This document shows, one piece after another, positions 15,730 through 24,357 of a DNA stretch of 30,684 nt. Source of the stretch: a virus (taxonomy: Duplodnaviria; Caudoviricetes). Below the pieces are notes generated by a model, which was not told the origin of the DNA, made no database searches, and saw nothing but the letters and a program-made list of their open reading frames with translations. The position numbers were made by a program, and so were the translations under genes. The stretch's first letter is position 1; every line of letters starts with the position of its first letter. The DNA lies in IMG/VR virus record IMGVR_UViG_3300020541_000008, positions 1 through 30,684 of that record; one strand, given 5' to 3'.

Positions 15730-16761
15730 TTAAAACAAATGTGTCAATCGTGCGATTTGACCGTGTTCCTTGTGATGAATGAACCCTTCAATGGCCTTCG
15801 GCGCGTGTTGGTAGCCGTTGCGGTGATGCCATGAATCCGTTCCAGACGGTGAACGTAAAGATTCAACCGTCACACCGATGAAATCCTTCGACATTTTGTG
15901 ATGAACGTGGTGGGTGTAAACGTAGCGGTGTTTTGTTTGCGACCATTCAATCGGAAATTCTTGCGCCATTAACAAGGGCAAGTCCTGAAGCTTCGCGCCG
16001 TCGCCGTGTGTCGTTCCGATTAAAGACGTCCCATAACGGAATGCCTTGCGATGTGAAATCGAACAATCGAATGTGATGTTTTTGCAATTACGAAACCATG
16101 ATTGAATCACGTCCGCAAGAAAAAAGCCGTTCGTATAGTCGTGATTCGAAGGATTGAAAGTGAAATGGACGTCCGCGATTGTGACAAGCTTTTCAAGAAT
16201 GTCAACGTAAAGCCGTTTTGCGTTTAAAAAGTTTTCATACCACATTCCGTCGGTATCTTGTGGCGTTCCTGAAGTCGTTTGACGTTTCGGTGTGTCAATG
16301 TGAAGAATGTCATTCCCGCCGATGAACAATATTTTGTCGATGTTGAACCCGCTTGACTTGTCAAGTATTCCTTGAACGCCTTCGTGAACGCGATTGACCG
16401 CGATTTGTTGATTGTAATTTTCACCACTTTCGAATGACGTCGCCAGCTTTCCGATGTGAACGTCGGCTGGATCAATGACAAGTAAATGACTTTCGGTTGA
16501 TTGCGTTCGATTGATTGCTGGATAAACTGGTGAATGTTCTTCGATTGCTTTGAGAATGTCAACCTTCAGGTTTTCAAGTTTGGTTGATTCGTTATCTTCA
16601 AAGTTCGGATTCTTAAAAAACAAAGACGTGTTCTTTGATTTCAACCAACCATGTTTGACGGTTTTCAAGTCAATGTCTTGTTCGTCACATTCTCGTTTGA
16701 TTGCCCGGTATTGTTGAACGACCAGTAATTCGTCACGCGTCAAACGTGGACGGTGTTTCAT
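15730..16761 (-). CDS. Calcineurin-like metallophosphoesterase
   Basis: ADVHIG, GGND, SNHD, THGD, THHVHH metal-binding motifs. Confidence 0.85.
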   Translation of the reverse strand: MKHRPRLTRDELLVVQQYRAIKRECDEQDIDLKTVKHGWLKSKNTSLFFKNPNFEDNESTKLENLKVDILKAIEEHSPVYPAINRTQSTESHLLVIDPADVHIGKLATSFESGENYNQQIAVNRVHEGVQGILDKSSGFNIDKILFIGGNDILHIDTPKRQTTSGTPQDTDGMWYENFLNAKRLYVDILEKLVTIADVHFTFNPSNHDYTNGFFLADVIQSWFRNCKNITFDCSISHRKAFRYGTSLIGTTHGDGAKLQDLPLLMAQEFPIEWSQTKHRYVYTHHVHHKMSKDFIGVTVESLRSPSGTDSWHHRNGYQHAPKAIEGFIHHKEHGQIARLTHLF

Positions 16762-17219
16762 AAAATGTATTTAAAGAATAGTTTAACGCGACCGATGAAT
16801 GTTGGCGTTATAATGTACCGAACCAAAAAACCAATTGCAAACGCAACAATCAACCACCACCATTTGTATTTGTATTTCAAAACTTGTTGCGCCTTCGCCG
16901 TTTTCCATTGCGTTTTTCCTTTAATTCGAAGCGTCTTGATTCGTTCTTTATATTCGATACGAGTTTGCCAGCGTGTCTTCGGCACATAAACATTTTGAAA
17001 TTTTATCACGGTATCGCGATACGCGATAAACTTTTCCCAAACAATTGAATCGTGACGAATGACCGGGAACGAATCAACGGTTGCGATTCGAATTGTGTCG
17101 GTGTCTTGTGTCAATTTTGCGCCGTGTTTGAGCGCTTTTCGGACGTGATATTGTGCCAAGCGTTCCGACGAACACGAAACGACGGCAAACGCCACGAAAA
17201 CGGCTAAGATTGCTTTCAT
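16758..17219 (-). CDS. Lipoprotein with C-terminal TM helix, u-spanin-like
   Basis: MKAILAVFVAFAVVS-C lipobox, C-terminal WWWLIVAFAIGFLV; ATGA overlap with the endolysin stop. Confidence 0.7.
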   Translation of the reverse strand: MKAILAVFVAFAVVSCSSERLAQYHVRKALKHGAKLTQDTDTIRIATVDSFPVIRHDSIVWEKFIAYRDTVIKFQNVYVPKTRWQTRIEYKERIKTLRIKGKTQWKTAKAQQVLKYKYKWWWLIVAFAIGFLVRYIITPTFIGRVKLFFKYIL

Positions 17220-17872
17220 AAGTTCTTCAGCATTTCGATTAAACGTGGACATGGATAAACGTCGAACTTGTCGCGACGAACGGAATTGTGGGTGTAGATT
17301 CCGGGAACGTTCTTCAGCGCGTTCAAATCGATGTCCCAAATCGATTCGTTGTAATCAAGCGGAATGTCGTATGTTTCGCAAAGATACGTCACAAGCTTTC
17401 GCGTCGATTCGATTTGTTGATCGGTGTAACGATACCAAAATTTGAAACCCTTGAACGGCTTTTCAAGTTCAACAACGTTCGACGAAGGAACAACGCCGTT
17501 CACATAGTTGTAAAATTTACCGTTCACTTGTCGAAGCATTCCCCAGTTCGTTAATTCGATTCCGATTGAATACTTATTCAGGTCGATGAATGGAAGCTTG
17601 TTCGCCTTGAAAATGTCCGAACCGACACCCAAATGCCAAGCCCAATATTTCGAACTAAAACATTGAACGATTTCGCCACGTTCACCGATCACAAAAGCCG
17701 TCGCAATCTTTGATTCGTTCGAATTCCAAAACTTCGAAACGCTTCGAGCATCGCCACCGCCAGCGGTGTGATGAAGGTAAATTTGTTTTTTTGGGTGTTC
17801 TTCGGCAATGAATTGTCCAGGTGACAATCGTTCTTGAATCAAGTTTAAGTCACTTATTTGAATTCGTCCCAT
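17216..17872 (-). CDS. Endolysin, N-acetylmuramoyl-L-alanine amidase (Amidase_2)
   Basis: IYLHHTAG, WAWHLG, SIGIEL, THNSVRRDKFDVYP zinc-amidase motifs. Confidence 0.92.
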   Translation of the reverse strand: MGRIQISDLNLIQERLSPGQFIAEEHPKKQIYLHHTAGGGDARSVSKFWNSNESKIATAFVIGERGEIVQCFSSKYWAWHLGVGSDIFKANKLPFIDLNKYSIGIELTNWGMLRQVNGKFYNYVNGVVPSSNVVELEKPFKGFKFWYRYTDQQIESTRKLVTYLCETYDIPLDYNESIWDIDLNALKNVPGIYTHNSVRRDKFDVYPCPRLIEMLKNL

Positions 17873-18273
17873 TCTTGTTTTTTTGCGGTGATAAATTCCT
17901 TAAATCCTTTCAACACGTCCTTTCCAGTCACGTCAAAATAAGATTCGTTGATTGATTTCAATTCTGTGAACACGCAATAAAAGGTGAACGCCTTCGTCAA
18001 CACAAGGTCAACGGACACAAACATTCCAATCAAGTCGGCAAGAACGTGTTTTTCAAGGAAAAAAACCGACACGATTCCGCCAGCATAAAGACACGTTTTA
18101 GAAATTGTCCTTGCGAATCCACGGGAACGAAGCGGTTTTTTCAATTTACGACTTCGCCAGATCCCAAAACACAAATCAATCCAAATAAAAAACACGGTAA
18201 TCATGACCATTCCTTTGACCGGTGCAAGAATTGAAATAATTGAAATGGCGAAAAGCGTGAATTTAGTTTTCAT
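17854..18273 (-). CDS. Holin (Phage_holin_4-like)
   Basis: Multiple TM segments, IDLCFGIW...SRGFARTISK...ELKSINE; upstream of endolysin; start at MKTKF. Confidence 0.8.
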   Translation of the reverse strand: MKTKFTLFAISIISILAPVKGMVMITVFFIWIDLCFGIWRSRKLKKPLRSRGFARTISKTCLYAGGIVSVFFLEKHVLADLIGMFVSVDLVLTKAFTFYCVFTELKSINESYFDVTGKDVLKGFKEFITAKKQEWDEFK

Positions 18274-18454
18274 CGTCTTGTTGTTGGTAGAATAATTCGG
18301 TAAATAGTTGATAATTGTTAAAACAAAATAACGCCCAACCAAACAAAATCAAGTGAAGTTCGTCGGCGAACCACAATGAAACGGCGGTTGCGTAACTAAA
18401 TAAATAGTAACAAACCGCCATGAATTGTATGTGTCCCGGGTTAATCATTGCCAA
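18263..18454 (-). CDS. Small two-TM membrane protein (possible lysis regulator)
   Basis: Two hydrophobic helices and an acidic tail, immediately before the holin. Confidence 0.55.
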   Translation of the reverse strand: MAMINPGHIQFMAVCYYLFSYATAVSLWFADELHLILFGWALFCFNNYQLFTELFYQQQDDEN

Positions 18455-18905
18455 AGGAATAATTGTCCATAGGAATTTGACACCAATCCTCGTTATCGAA
18501 CACGTTCATGGCGACATTCATCGTCCACCCCGCCGTAACATCGTGCGAACGGTTAATGAATGGTTGCGTTGTGATTGTTCCTTGAACATCAAGGAAATCC
18601 TCGAAGCGCCATTGTTTCAAAATGACATGAATGTCCTTACAAATCGAAAGACAATCGGAATGAATTTCGTTAATTTGTCGGTAATCTTGAACGTTGTATT
18701 TGTCCGCAATGGAAATGATTGCGTTCACCTGAACACCGAAGTCGTTGATGACACCCGGTTGCAACGTGACAACCATTAAAGGATAATCAACCGCGTCGCG
18801 TGACACCGCGTCAAGATAGTCGCCTTGAAAGAACGCGTTGATTTGACGGTGTTCCGTTGCAATCGTTTCGAATTCCTTCATTAACTGGTTTAGTGTCTTT
18901 TCCAT
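18441..18905 (-). CDS. Tail terminator / head-tail joining protein
   Basis: YPLMVV...PF...DVTAGWTMNV pattern, size and position. Confidence 0.55.
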   Translation of the reverse strand: MEKTLNQLMKEFETIATEHRQINAFFQGDYLDAVSRDAVDYPLMVVTLQPGVINDFGVQVNAIISIADKYNVQDYRQINEIHSDCLSICKDIHVILKQWRFEDFLDVQGTITTQPFINRSHDVTAGWTMNVAMNVFDNEDWCQIPMDNYSFGND

Positions 18906-18966
18906 TTTTCAAGTATTTGTTCAGTTTCTCGATGTCTTTCTTCGAAGGTGTGAACCTTTTGTTCAT
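18811..18966 (-). CDS. Possible small basic protein (MNKRFTPSKKDIEKLNKYLK..., 51 aa)
   Basis: ATGA overlap with the upstream gene, fills the 57-nt gap, but overlaps the next gene by 95 nt. Confidence 0.35.
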   Translation of the reverse strand: MNKRFTPSKKDIEKLNKYLKNGKDTKPVNEGIRNDCNGTPSNQRVLSRRLS

Positions 18967-19481
18967 ATTGTCCAATTAAGCGGTGAATAACCCGTTTGAT
19001 CCTTCGTCACCTTTTCGTGACACATTGAAGGCGAACCGCAACAATCAATGTATTCGGGGTAATTGTCACCGTTGTCGTCCATTAAGAAACCGATTAAACG
19101 TTCTTTGTAAAATTGCGCGTCCTTTAATAGTTGATCGCGAAGTGTAAAGGTCATCTTGTCGTCGTTCGCTTTGATGTGTTCGTCGTCGATTCGACCAACC
19201 GATTTGTTGGTCAGCTTTTCGTTCAATAGTAACGCGCAACGGTAATCGACGTAAGCAACCAAACACGGCACAACGTAGTCGTTCATGAGCGTTAGATAAG
19301 TCGGTGTCCATGTGTTCGTTTGGACGCGTTGCAATAACGCTTTGTAAAGAGGTGTCCCAAGCGCTGGTTGAACGTTAATGTCTTGACTTCGACGAATGGC
19401 GACCGCAAGAATTTTCGTGTCGGTGTTTTGGTGTATCAAGCCAAGCTTCTTTAGGTTTTCAACGGATAAAAGATAGTTCAT
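18963..19481 (-). CDS. Head-tail adaptor/connector protein
   Basis: Helical ~170-aa protein (AIRRSQDINVQPALGTPLY...YPEY) directly after the portal. Confidence 0.6.
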   Translation of the reverse strand: MNYLLSVENLKKLGLIHQNTDTKILAVAIRRSQDINVQPALGTPLYKALLQRVQTNTWTPTYLTLMNDYVVPCLVAYVDYRCALLLNEKLTNKSVGRIDDEHIKANDDKMTFTLRDQLLKDAQFYKERLIGFLMDDNGDNYPEYIDCCGSPSMCHEKVTKDQTGYSPLNWTI

Positions 19482-19482
19482 A

Positions 19483-21444
19483 TTATTGTGCAATTACAAG
19501 TTGTTGAATCCATTCATGACGACAAAACGGTGTCGTCGCACCCGTGTCGGGATTTGTGTACCAACCCCCGCGATATTTCCAAACGTCACGATCAACGCGT
19601 GTTGAAATCGTGTCAATGTCTTGTCGTGAATAGCTTCGATTTAATTCAATTAGCTTCACGCAAAACGCGCGCGATTGCGTTATCGGATCGGGAACGTTCG
19701 GGCGCGTTCGGTAAGTATAACGGACTTGGAAACGTGACACGGGAATTTCCACGTTGTCAATTACATTTTTTCCCAACGTGTTGACGTCACCTTCTTTCGT
19801 TAACAAGTTAAGTTCACGAATTGCTTGAATTCGTTTCGCAACCTCGGCCACCGATGTGTTCAGCGCCTTCGCGATTGCGTCGCTTGATTCGCCATCGGCC
19901 AAAAGTTTCAAAACGTCCTTGTCGCCACCAGTCAACATGGCGGAAATTTCGCCAACCTTGTCGAATAGTTGTTGACTTCGTGCGAAAACTTCAGCGCTTG
20001 GTGTGTTCCATTCAATCGGTTCGGAATGAAGAACGATGAAGTTGTCATTCGATTCACCGAATTGTTCGAACACCTTTATTTCGTCGGTGCTGAAGTTGTT
20101 GTTGTGACACATTGAAAGCGCCGTCGCTGGAACACCAACGATTTCACGCGCCGTTCTTTCGTCAATGGTAGGGAATGAAGCCAACACAATCGACAATGCG
20201 CTTTGCGGTGTTAAGATTCCTTCTTTTATTTTGGCAACCACGTCAATCAATGACGCGATTTGTGCGCCATTCAATGCGCTTTTTGCTACGTCCACGGCTT
20301 CGGGTGTTGGTTGTCCTTCAATTGTTGGTGCTTGTTCCGTTTGCGGTGCGTCCTTCGGTAATGGATCAACGTCGTGAAGCTTGATTTTACCAACATAACC
20401 GCCAAGTTCAAGCATTAAATTCAACATCCATTCGATTCGTCTTTGCTTTGTGTTGACATAAGTCGATTTGAAAATGTTGAATAAATCACCGCTTTCCGCT
20501 GAATTAAATGAACCTTCAAGACGAACACCGAACAATTGCGGTGAAGTAATCGCATGCGCCACAAGAATGTTTTGTTGAACGCTTTTTTCGGTAGCCAAAT
20601 ATCTTTGATCCAAATTATTTCCATTCAACGACAATACTTCAGGTGCTTCGTCTTTGCCATTGCTGAATGTCAAAATAATTTCACCAGCGTCTTCGACCGA
20701 TTGTGAACGACCTTTGACATTTTCTTTCAGTCGATTCAATTCTTCGGTTGTTTCTGGATAACCTGAAGGAAAGTTGATTAGTGTTCCAGACTTGAATCCG
20801 TTTTGAAGTTCGTACATGTGAAATTTCGAAATGTCCACGTCCGTTTGAATCGCCGTGATTCCACCATAATAAGACGGTTTAGGATAAACACCCAATTCTT
20901 TTCGACCTTTCAGGTGTGGTTCTTTGTAGTACAAAATGAACGAACCAGTTCGGTTGTCCTTGTCGTAAGCTGGTAAAATTCGAAGGTTCGTTTTTTCTGG
21001 TGATTGATTCAACGCCGTCCAGTCATCCGAAATATAGTAGGTTCTTTCATCAACCGACGCGCGAATCATGTCAATCGGTATGTGTTCCCACATGACAACC
21101 TTTGTTTGTTCCTTGTTCCACGTTCCCTTCACCGCCATTCCACCGAACAATTCTTGATCGAACGCCATTCGTTCAGCGATTTCATTCATGTCAAAGTCCG
21201 ACCATTTGTTGTCGATGAATGGTTGAATCATTCCAGAAACGATTTGAAGACCACCCCCGGCAATGTAGTGTGTTTTGTTCTTTATTATTCCTTGATGGTA
21301 AGCTGAACCATTATATAAATCCACCAAAAAAAATGGATAGTCGTTCTTTTTTCCCCACTTCGTGAATCCGAGTGAACGGTCTTTTTCTTCTTCAGGTTTT
21401 TGGAAGTCCTTGCGGAACGACAAAGACGTAATTTTATTATTCAT
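19483..21444 (-). CDS. Portal protein with C-terminal extension
   Basis: WGKKNDYP, SAYHQGII, YPKPSY, NGFKSG, ILVAHAITSPQLFGV portal-like motifs; start at MNNKIT. Confidence 0.85.
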   Translation of the reverse strand: MNNKITSLSFRKDFQKPEEEKDRSLGFTKWGKKNDYPFFLVDLYNGSAYHQGIIKNKTHYIAGGGLQIVSGMIQPFIDNKWSDFDMNEIAERMAFDQELFGGMAVKGTWNKEQTKVVMWEHIPIDMIRASVDERTYYISDDWTALNQSPEKTNLRILPAYDKDNRTGSFILYYKEPHLKGRKELGVYPKPSYYGGITAIQTDVDISKFHMYELQNGFKSGTLINFPSGYPETTEELNRLKENVKGRSQSVEDAGEIILTFSNGKDEAPEVLSLNGNNLDQRYLATEKSVQQNILVAHAITSPQLFGVRLEGSFNSAESGDLFNIFKSTYVNTKQRRIEWMLNLMLELGGYVGKIKLHDVDPLPKDAPQTEQAPTIEGQPTPEAVDVAKSALNGAQIASLIDVVAKIKEGILTPQSALSIVLASFPTIDERTAREIVGVPATALSMCHNNNFSTDEIKVFEQFGESNDNFIVLHSEPIEWNTPSAEVFARSQQLFDKVGEISAMLTGGDKDVLKLLADGESSDAIAKALNTSVAEVAKRIQAIRELNLLTKEGDVNTLGKNVIDNVEIPVSRFQVRYTYRTRPNVPDPITQSRAFCVKLIELNRSYSRQDIDTISTRVDRDVWKYRGGWYTNPDTGATTPFCRHEWIQQLVIAQ

Positions 21445-21805
21445 AAATGTTAAAATAAATCGGTGAATCGTATTCGTACGAAGGTGAATCGGCTTCAATC
21501 ACATGAGCGCGTCCAGTTTCGACAAGTCCTTGCGTGTTCAATGGATCAAGATTCGACGGTGACGATTGTTGGTAAATGTTGTAAAGATAAAACCCGTCGT
21601 AAATGAAGGTAACATCAACGCCGTCAACCAAGACGAATTCATCATAACGCGGAATCCCTTGCGAAATGTTCGTCAAGACACACGTTTGTGTGTTGAACGA
21701 TTGCTCGTGAATGAATTCAAATAGATAGTTCGGATTCGGGATTGTTGTCAATTCCGTCACCGTCACTACCAGCGGAGTTGTTCCGTTTTTTTGTATTTTT
21801 AACAT
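21437..21805 (-). CDS. Hypothetical structural protein
   Basis: 122-aa beta-rich ORF upstream of the portal. Confidence 0.65.
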   Translation of the reverse strand: MLKIQKNGTTPLVVTVTELTTIPNPNYLFEFIHEQSFNTQTCVLTNISQGIPRYDEFVLVDGVDVTFIYDGFYLYNIYQQSSPSNLDPLNTQGLVETGRAHVIEADSPSYEYDSPIYFNIYE

Positions 21806-21959
21806 TGTCTTTTTTTACAAGGTTAGGTTTCTCAAATTCAAAAATGTCAAGGATTCCAAGCGACAAATAAATTTCGTCTTTTCCTTCTTCGATTTTGACG
21901 TAGCGTTGCATCGTTGGCGACCAACACTTGCAACCGATAAATTCTTTTTTTACTTTCAT
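21717..21959 (-). CDS. Hypothetical protein, possibly leaderless
   Basis: 80-aa ORF; TAAATTAG lies 4 nt before its ATG. Confidence 0.55.
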   Translation of the reverse strand: MKVKKEFIGCKCWSPTMQRYVKIEEGKDEIYLSLGILDIFEFEKPNLVKKDNVKNTKKRNNSAGSDGDGIDNNPESELSI

Positions 21960-21974
21960 GCGACTAATTTAAAC

Positions 21975-22007
21975 AAAAAAAAGGGAACGGGACAAACCCA
22001 TTCCCTT
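21975..22007 (-). terminator. Intrinsic terminator after the tail tube gene
   Basis: GGGAAUGGG-UUUGU-CCCGUUCCC followed by 8 U. Confidence 0.85.
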
Positions 22008-22027
22008 CTTTGCAAGTTAAGTAGTGA

Positions 22028-22561
22028 TTAAATTGAAGGTGATTGCTGGCCTAACAATGTAGTGTAAAGCGCTGGATCAACGTCTGGGACTTCGTCGTTT
22101 TCCATTCCTCGCATAACGATAACGTGTCCTTTTCGGTCGCTTTTCAACACGCCTGAAGTGTATTCGTTTGCGTCGGCAACCTGAAGACCTTCACCAAGAC
22201 CAAGGGCAACGATTGTTCCGTCGGCATTTTCAACCAAACAAACACATTCGTTTTGTGCAAGCAAATGAATTTCAGCGCGTAATTCTTTCGAATCGGACGC
22301 AAGAATCATTGATAATTCATGTTCGTACCAAAGCGTTCCGTTGTTCTTGTCAACGCGAACTGGTGCGGTGTAGCTTGAAAGGTTTGACTTCAGTTTGTAA
22401 AGGAATGTTTCACCAGTTACAGTCAATGAAGTTAGTTCGTTGGAAGCTGAAACAACCGCGCCCGAAGTTGCACCCAACGGGAACAACAACACACTTTTGA
22501 TTCCGCCTTTTCCGTTCGTACAAGTTCGGTCGTTATAACCGGTTGTCATTAAACAAGACAT
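22028..22561 (-). CDS. Major tail (tube) protein
   Basis: MSCLMTTGY..C..GKGGIK start, NGTLWYEHEL, LGLGEGL motifs; 177 aa after the capsid gene. Confidence 0.65.
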   Translation of the reverse strand: MSCLMTTGYNDRTCTNGKGGIKSVLLFPLGATSGAVVSASNELTSLTVTGETFLYKLKSNLSSYTAPVRVDKNNGTLWYEHELSMILASDSKELRAEIHLLAQNECVCLVENADGTIVALGLGEGLQVADANEYTSGVLKSDRKGHVIVMRGMENDEVPDVDPALYTTLLGQQSPSI

Positions 22562-22583
22562 ATTCTTTTTATTTTTTTAGGTT

Positions 22584-22608
22584 TAACAAAGGCGCGCCGA
22601 AACGCGCC
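22584..22608 (-). terminator. Hairpin/weak terminator after the major capsid gene
   Basis: GGCGCGU-UUCG-GCGCGCC followed by UUUGUU. Confidence 0.7.
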
Positions 22609-22618
22609 GTTAATGAAT

Positions 22619-23578
22619 TTAGATTCCTTCGAATGTTCCAACTTGGTTCAAGAATGGAACCTGAACACCAGCGCGGAATTTAGAACGTAAATAAATCACA
22701 TCGTCGTCGAAAGAATACCACAAGTCATAAGATTCGAAATCACTTGACAAGTCAGTTCCGAAATAGAAATGTGACGCGCGACCAGTGTATATTTTGGTCG
22801 TTCCGTTCAACCCGTTTACTTTAACAATTCTCATGTTTGTTCCCGGTAAAAGGATTTCATTCATTGTTCCGATTTGTGCTGGGTTGTAATTGAACATATT
22901 TAAGTCAACCAAGTTCTTCAATAAGTAGTTGAAGTTTTCACGACCAGTAAAGCAAATGAAATCTTGACCTTCGGCAACGTTTGCGGGTGTGTTTACGAAC
23001 GCTTCGTAGAAAATGTCGAAAGCGTTGGTTGCGTCGATTGACGCATAACCAGTTGTGTTCAAGTCAACACAACCATTCGCAACGGTCAAGAATGAATTGA
23101 ATCCGTTCATGAACGCTAAGTTTCCAGAACCTGAAACTTTGTTCCCTTGCCAAATTAATTTTTCAAGTTCGAACGCGTGTAATTCCAAAAGGTAGTTAAT
23201 TAAAACTTGTTCGAAAGGAAGTGTCTTGTCTTCAGCCATTGCACCCGGACGAAGCGCAAGTTGCGTCCAAAATCCAGCCAAATCTTTTTGACAAAACTTC
23301 TTCAAATAACCGATTGTCTCAACAGAAATTTGTCGATCGGTGAATACGGTGTCGCCTGAAGGTGACATGGAACAATCGCCAGTTTGATAAACGATTGAAT
23401 CGTTTAACAATTTAAGGTCTTCAGTTCCTTTGATCCCTTGTTGAATTGCAATGTACGAAAGCGTTTGCGCTTCAGTTACGGAACGGTGAATAAGGTCTTC
23501 GCGTTGGTCGTCAACATAAGGTGACAATCCAGACACATCATAATCGAAATTCGATTTTACATACTTTTTAATAGACAT
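22619..23578 (-). CDS. Major capsid protein
   Basis: 319 aa after protease and scaffold; FCQKDL...W, ELEKLIWQG, FYFGTDL motifs; followed by a hairpin. Confidence 0.85.
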   Translation of the reverse strand: MSIKKYVKSNFDYDVSGLSPYVDDQREDLIHRSVTEAQTLSYIAIQQGIKGTEDLKLLNDSIVYQTGDCSMSPSGDTVFTDRQISVETIGYLKKFCQKDLAGFWTQLALRPGAMAEDKTLPFEQVLINYLLELHAFELEKLIWQGNKVSGSGNLAFMNGFNSFLTVANGCVDLNTTGYASIDATNAFDIFYEAFVNTPANVAEGQDFICFTGRENFNYLLKNLVDLNMFNYNPAQIGTMNEILLPGTNMRIVKVNGLNGTTKIYTGRASHFYFGTDLSSDFESYDLWYSFDDDVIYLRSKFRAGVQVPFLNQVGTFEGI

Positions 23579-23580
23579 GA

Positions 23581-24321
23581 TTATAGGTTTTTATATTGTT
23601 TCAAAAATTGTTGTTTAGCCGTCAAGTGGCCACCCCTTGCGAATTTCTCGCTTTCCTTTGTTTCGTTCGACGGCATCGCCTTGAAGCTTTCGAAGTCAGC
23701 TTTCAAAGACGCGATTTCGTTGCGAAGTTTTGCGTTGTCTTCGGAAATGCTTTTCGCCATTTCGGCAACCGCTTCGAAAGTTGTTGCGAATGTTGATAGC
23801 TTTCCATTGATTATTGCTTCAATCGCTTCAGCGGACATTGATTGTTCAACAACTTCAGCTTCTTCCATTGAAGTCAATTCGTTAATCTTGGTCACAACCG
23901 CGCTTGCGACGTCGTAAGCTTTGTCCATTTCCAAACCAAGTTCGGACGCAATCAATTCGGTAACACCTTCTAAAACGGCGGGCAATTCTTCAGCGGACAC
24001 CGCTTCGAATTCGGCGCTTGTTTCTTCAGTTGTCGTTTCTTCGGTTGCACGTTCGTCGGTTACTTCGGAAATGAATCCGTCAGCGTCAACGGTGATTGTT
24101 ACGCCCGTGTATTCACCACCAAGCGCGTGTGTTCCTTCAGGCGCTGGAATGCGACCTTCAGGCGTTACAATAAAAACTTGTTGCCCGGCTTCCAATGAAT
24201 CGAATTCAATGGTTGTTTCGCCGTCCAAAAGTGTTGCGGTTTCGAACGTTTGTTCGGTCGCGCTTGTGAACATGGTCTTGATTGCACCAAGTTCTTTCAT
24301 TACTTTTTCAAATGCGTTCAT
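23581..24321 (-). CDS. Capsid scaffolding protein
   Basis: Very acidic, PAPEGTHAL motif, C-terminal coiled coil; between protease and capsid. Confidence 0.7.
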   Translation of the reverse strand: MNAFEKVMKELGAIKTMFTSATEQTFETATLLDGETTIEFDSLEAGQQVFIVTPEGRIPAPEGTHALGGEYTGVTITVDADGFISEVTDERATEETTTEETSAEFEAVSAEELPAVLEGVTELIASELGLEMDKAYDVASAVVTKINELTSMEEAEVVEQSMSAEAIEAIINGKLSTFATTFEAVAEMAKSISEDNAKLRNEIASLKADFESFKAMPSNETKESEKFARGGHLTAKQQFLKQYKNL

Positions 24322-24334
24322 GTTTGTTTTTAAG

Positions 24335-24353
24335 TATTAAGTAAAGTTGTTCG
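24335..24353 (-). promoter_or_regulatory. Putative phage late promoter copy (CGAACAA-CTT-TACTTAATA)
   Basis: Exact motif copy in the 36-nt gap before scaffold/capsid. Confidence 0.7.
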
Positions 24354-24357
24354 AAAA

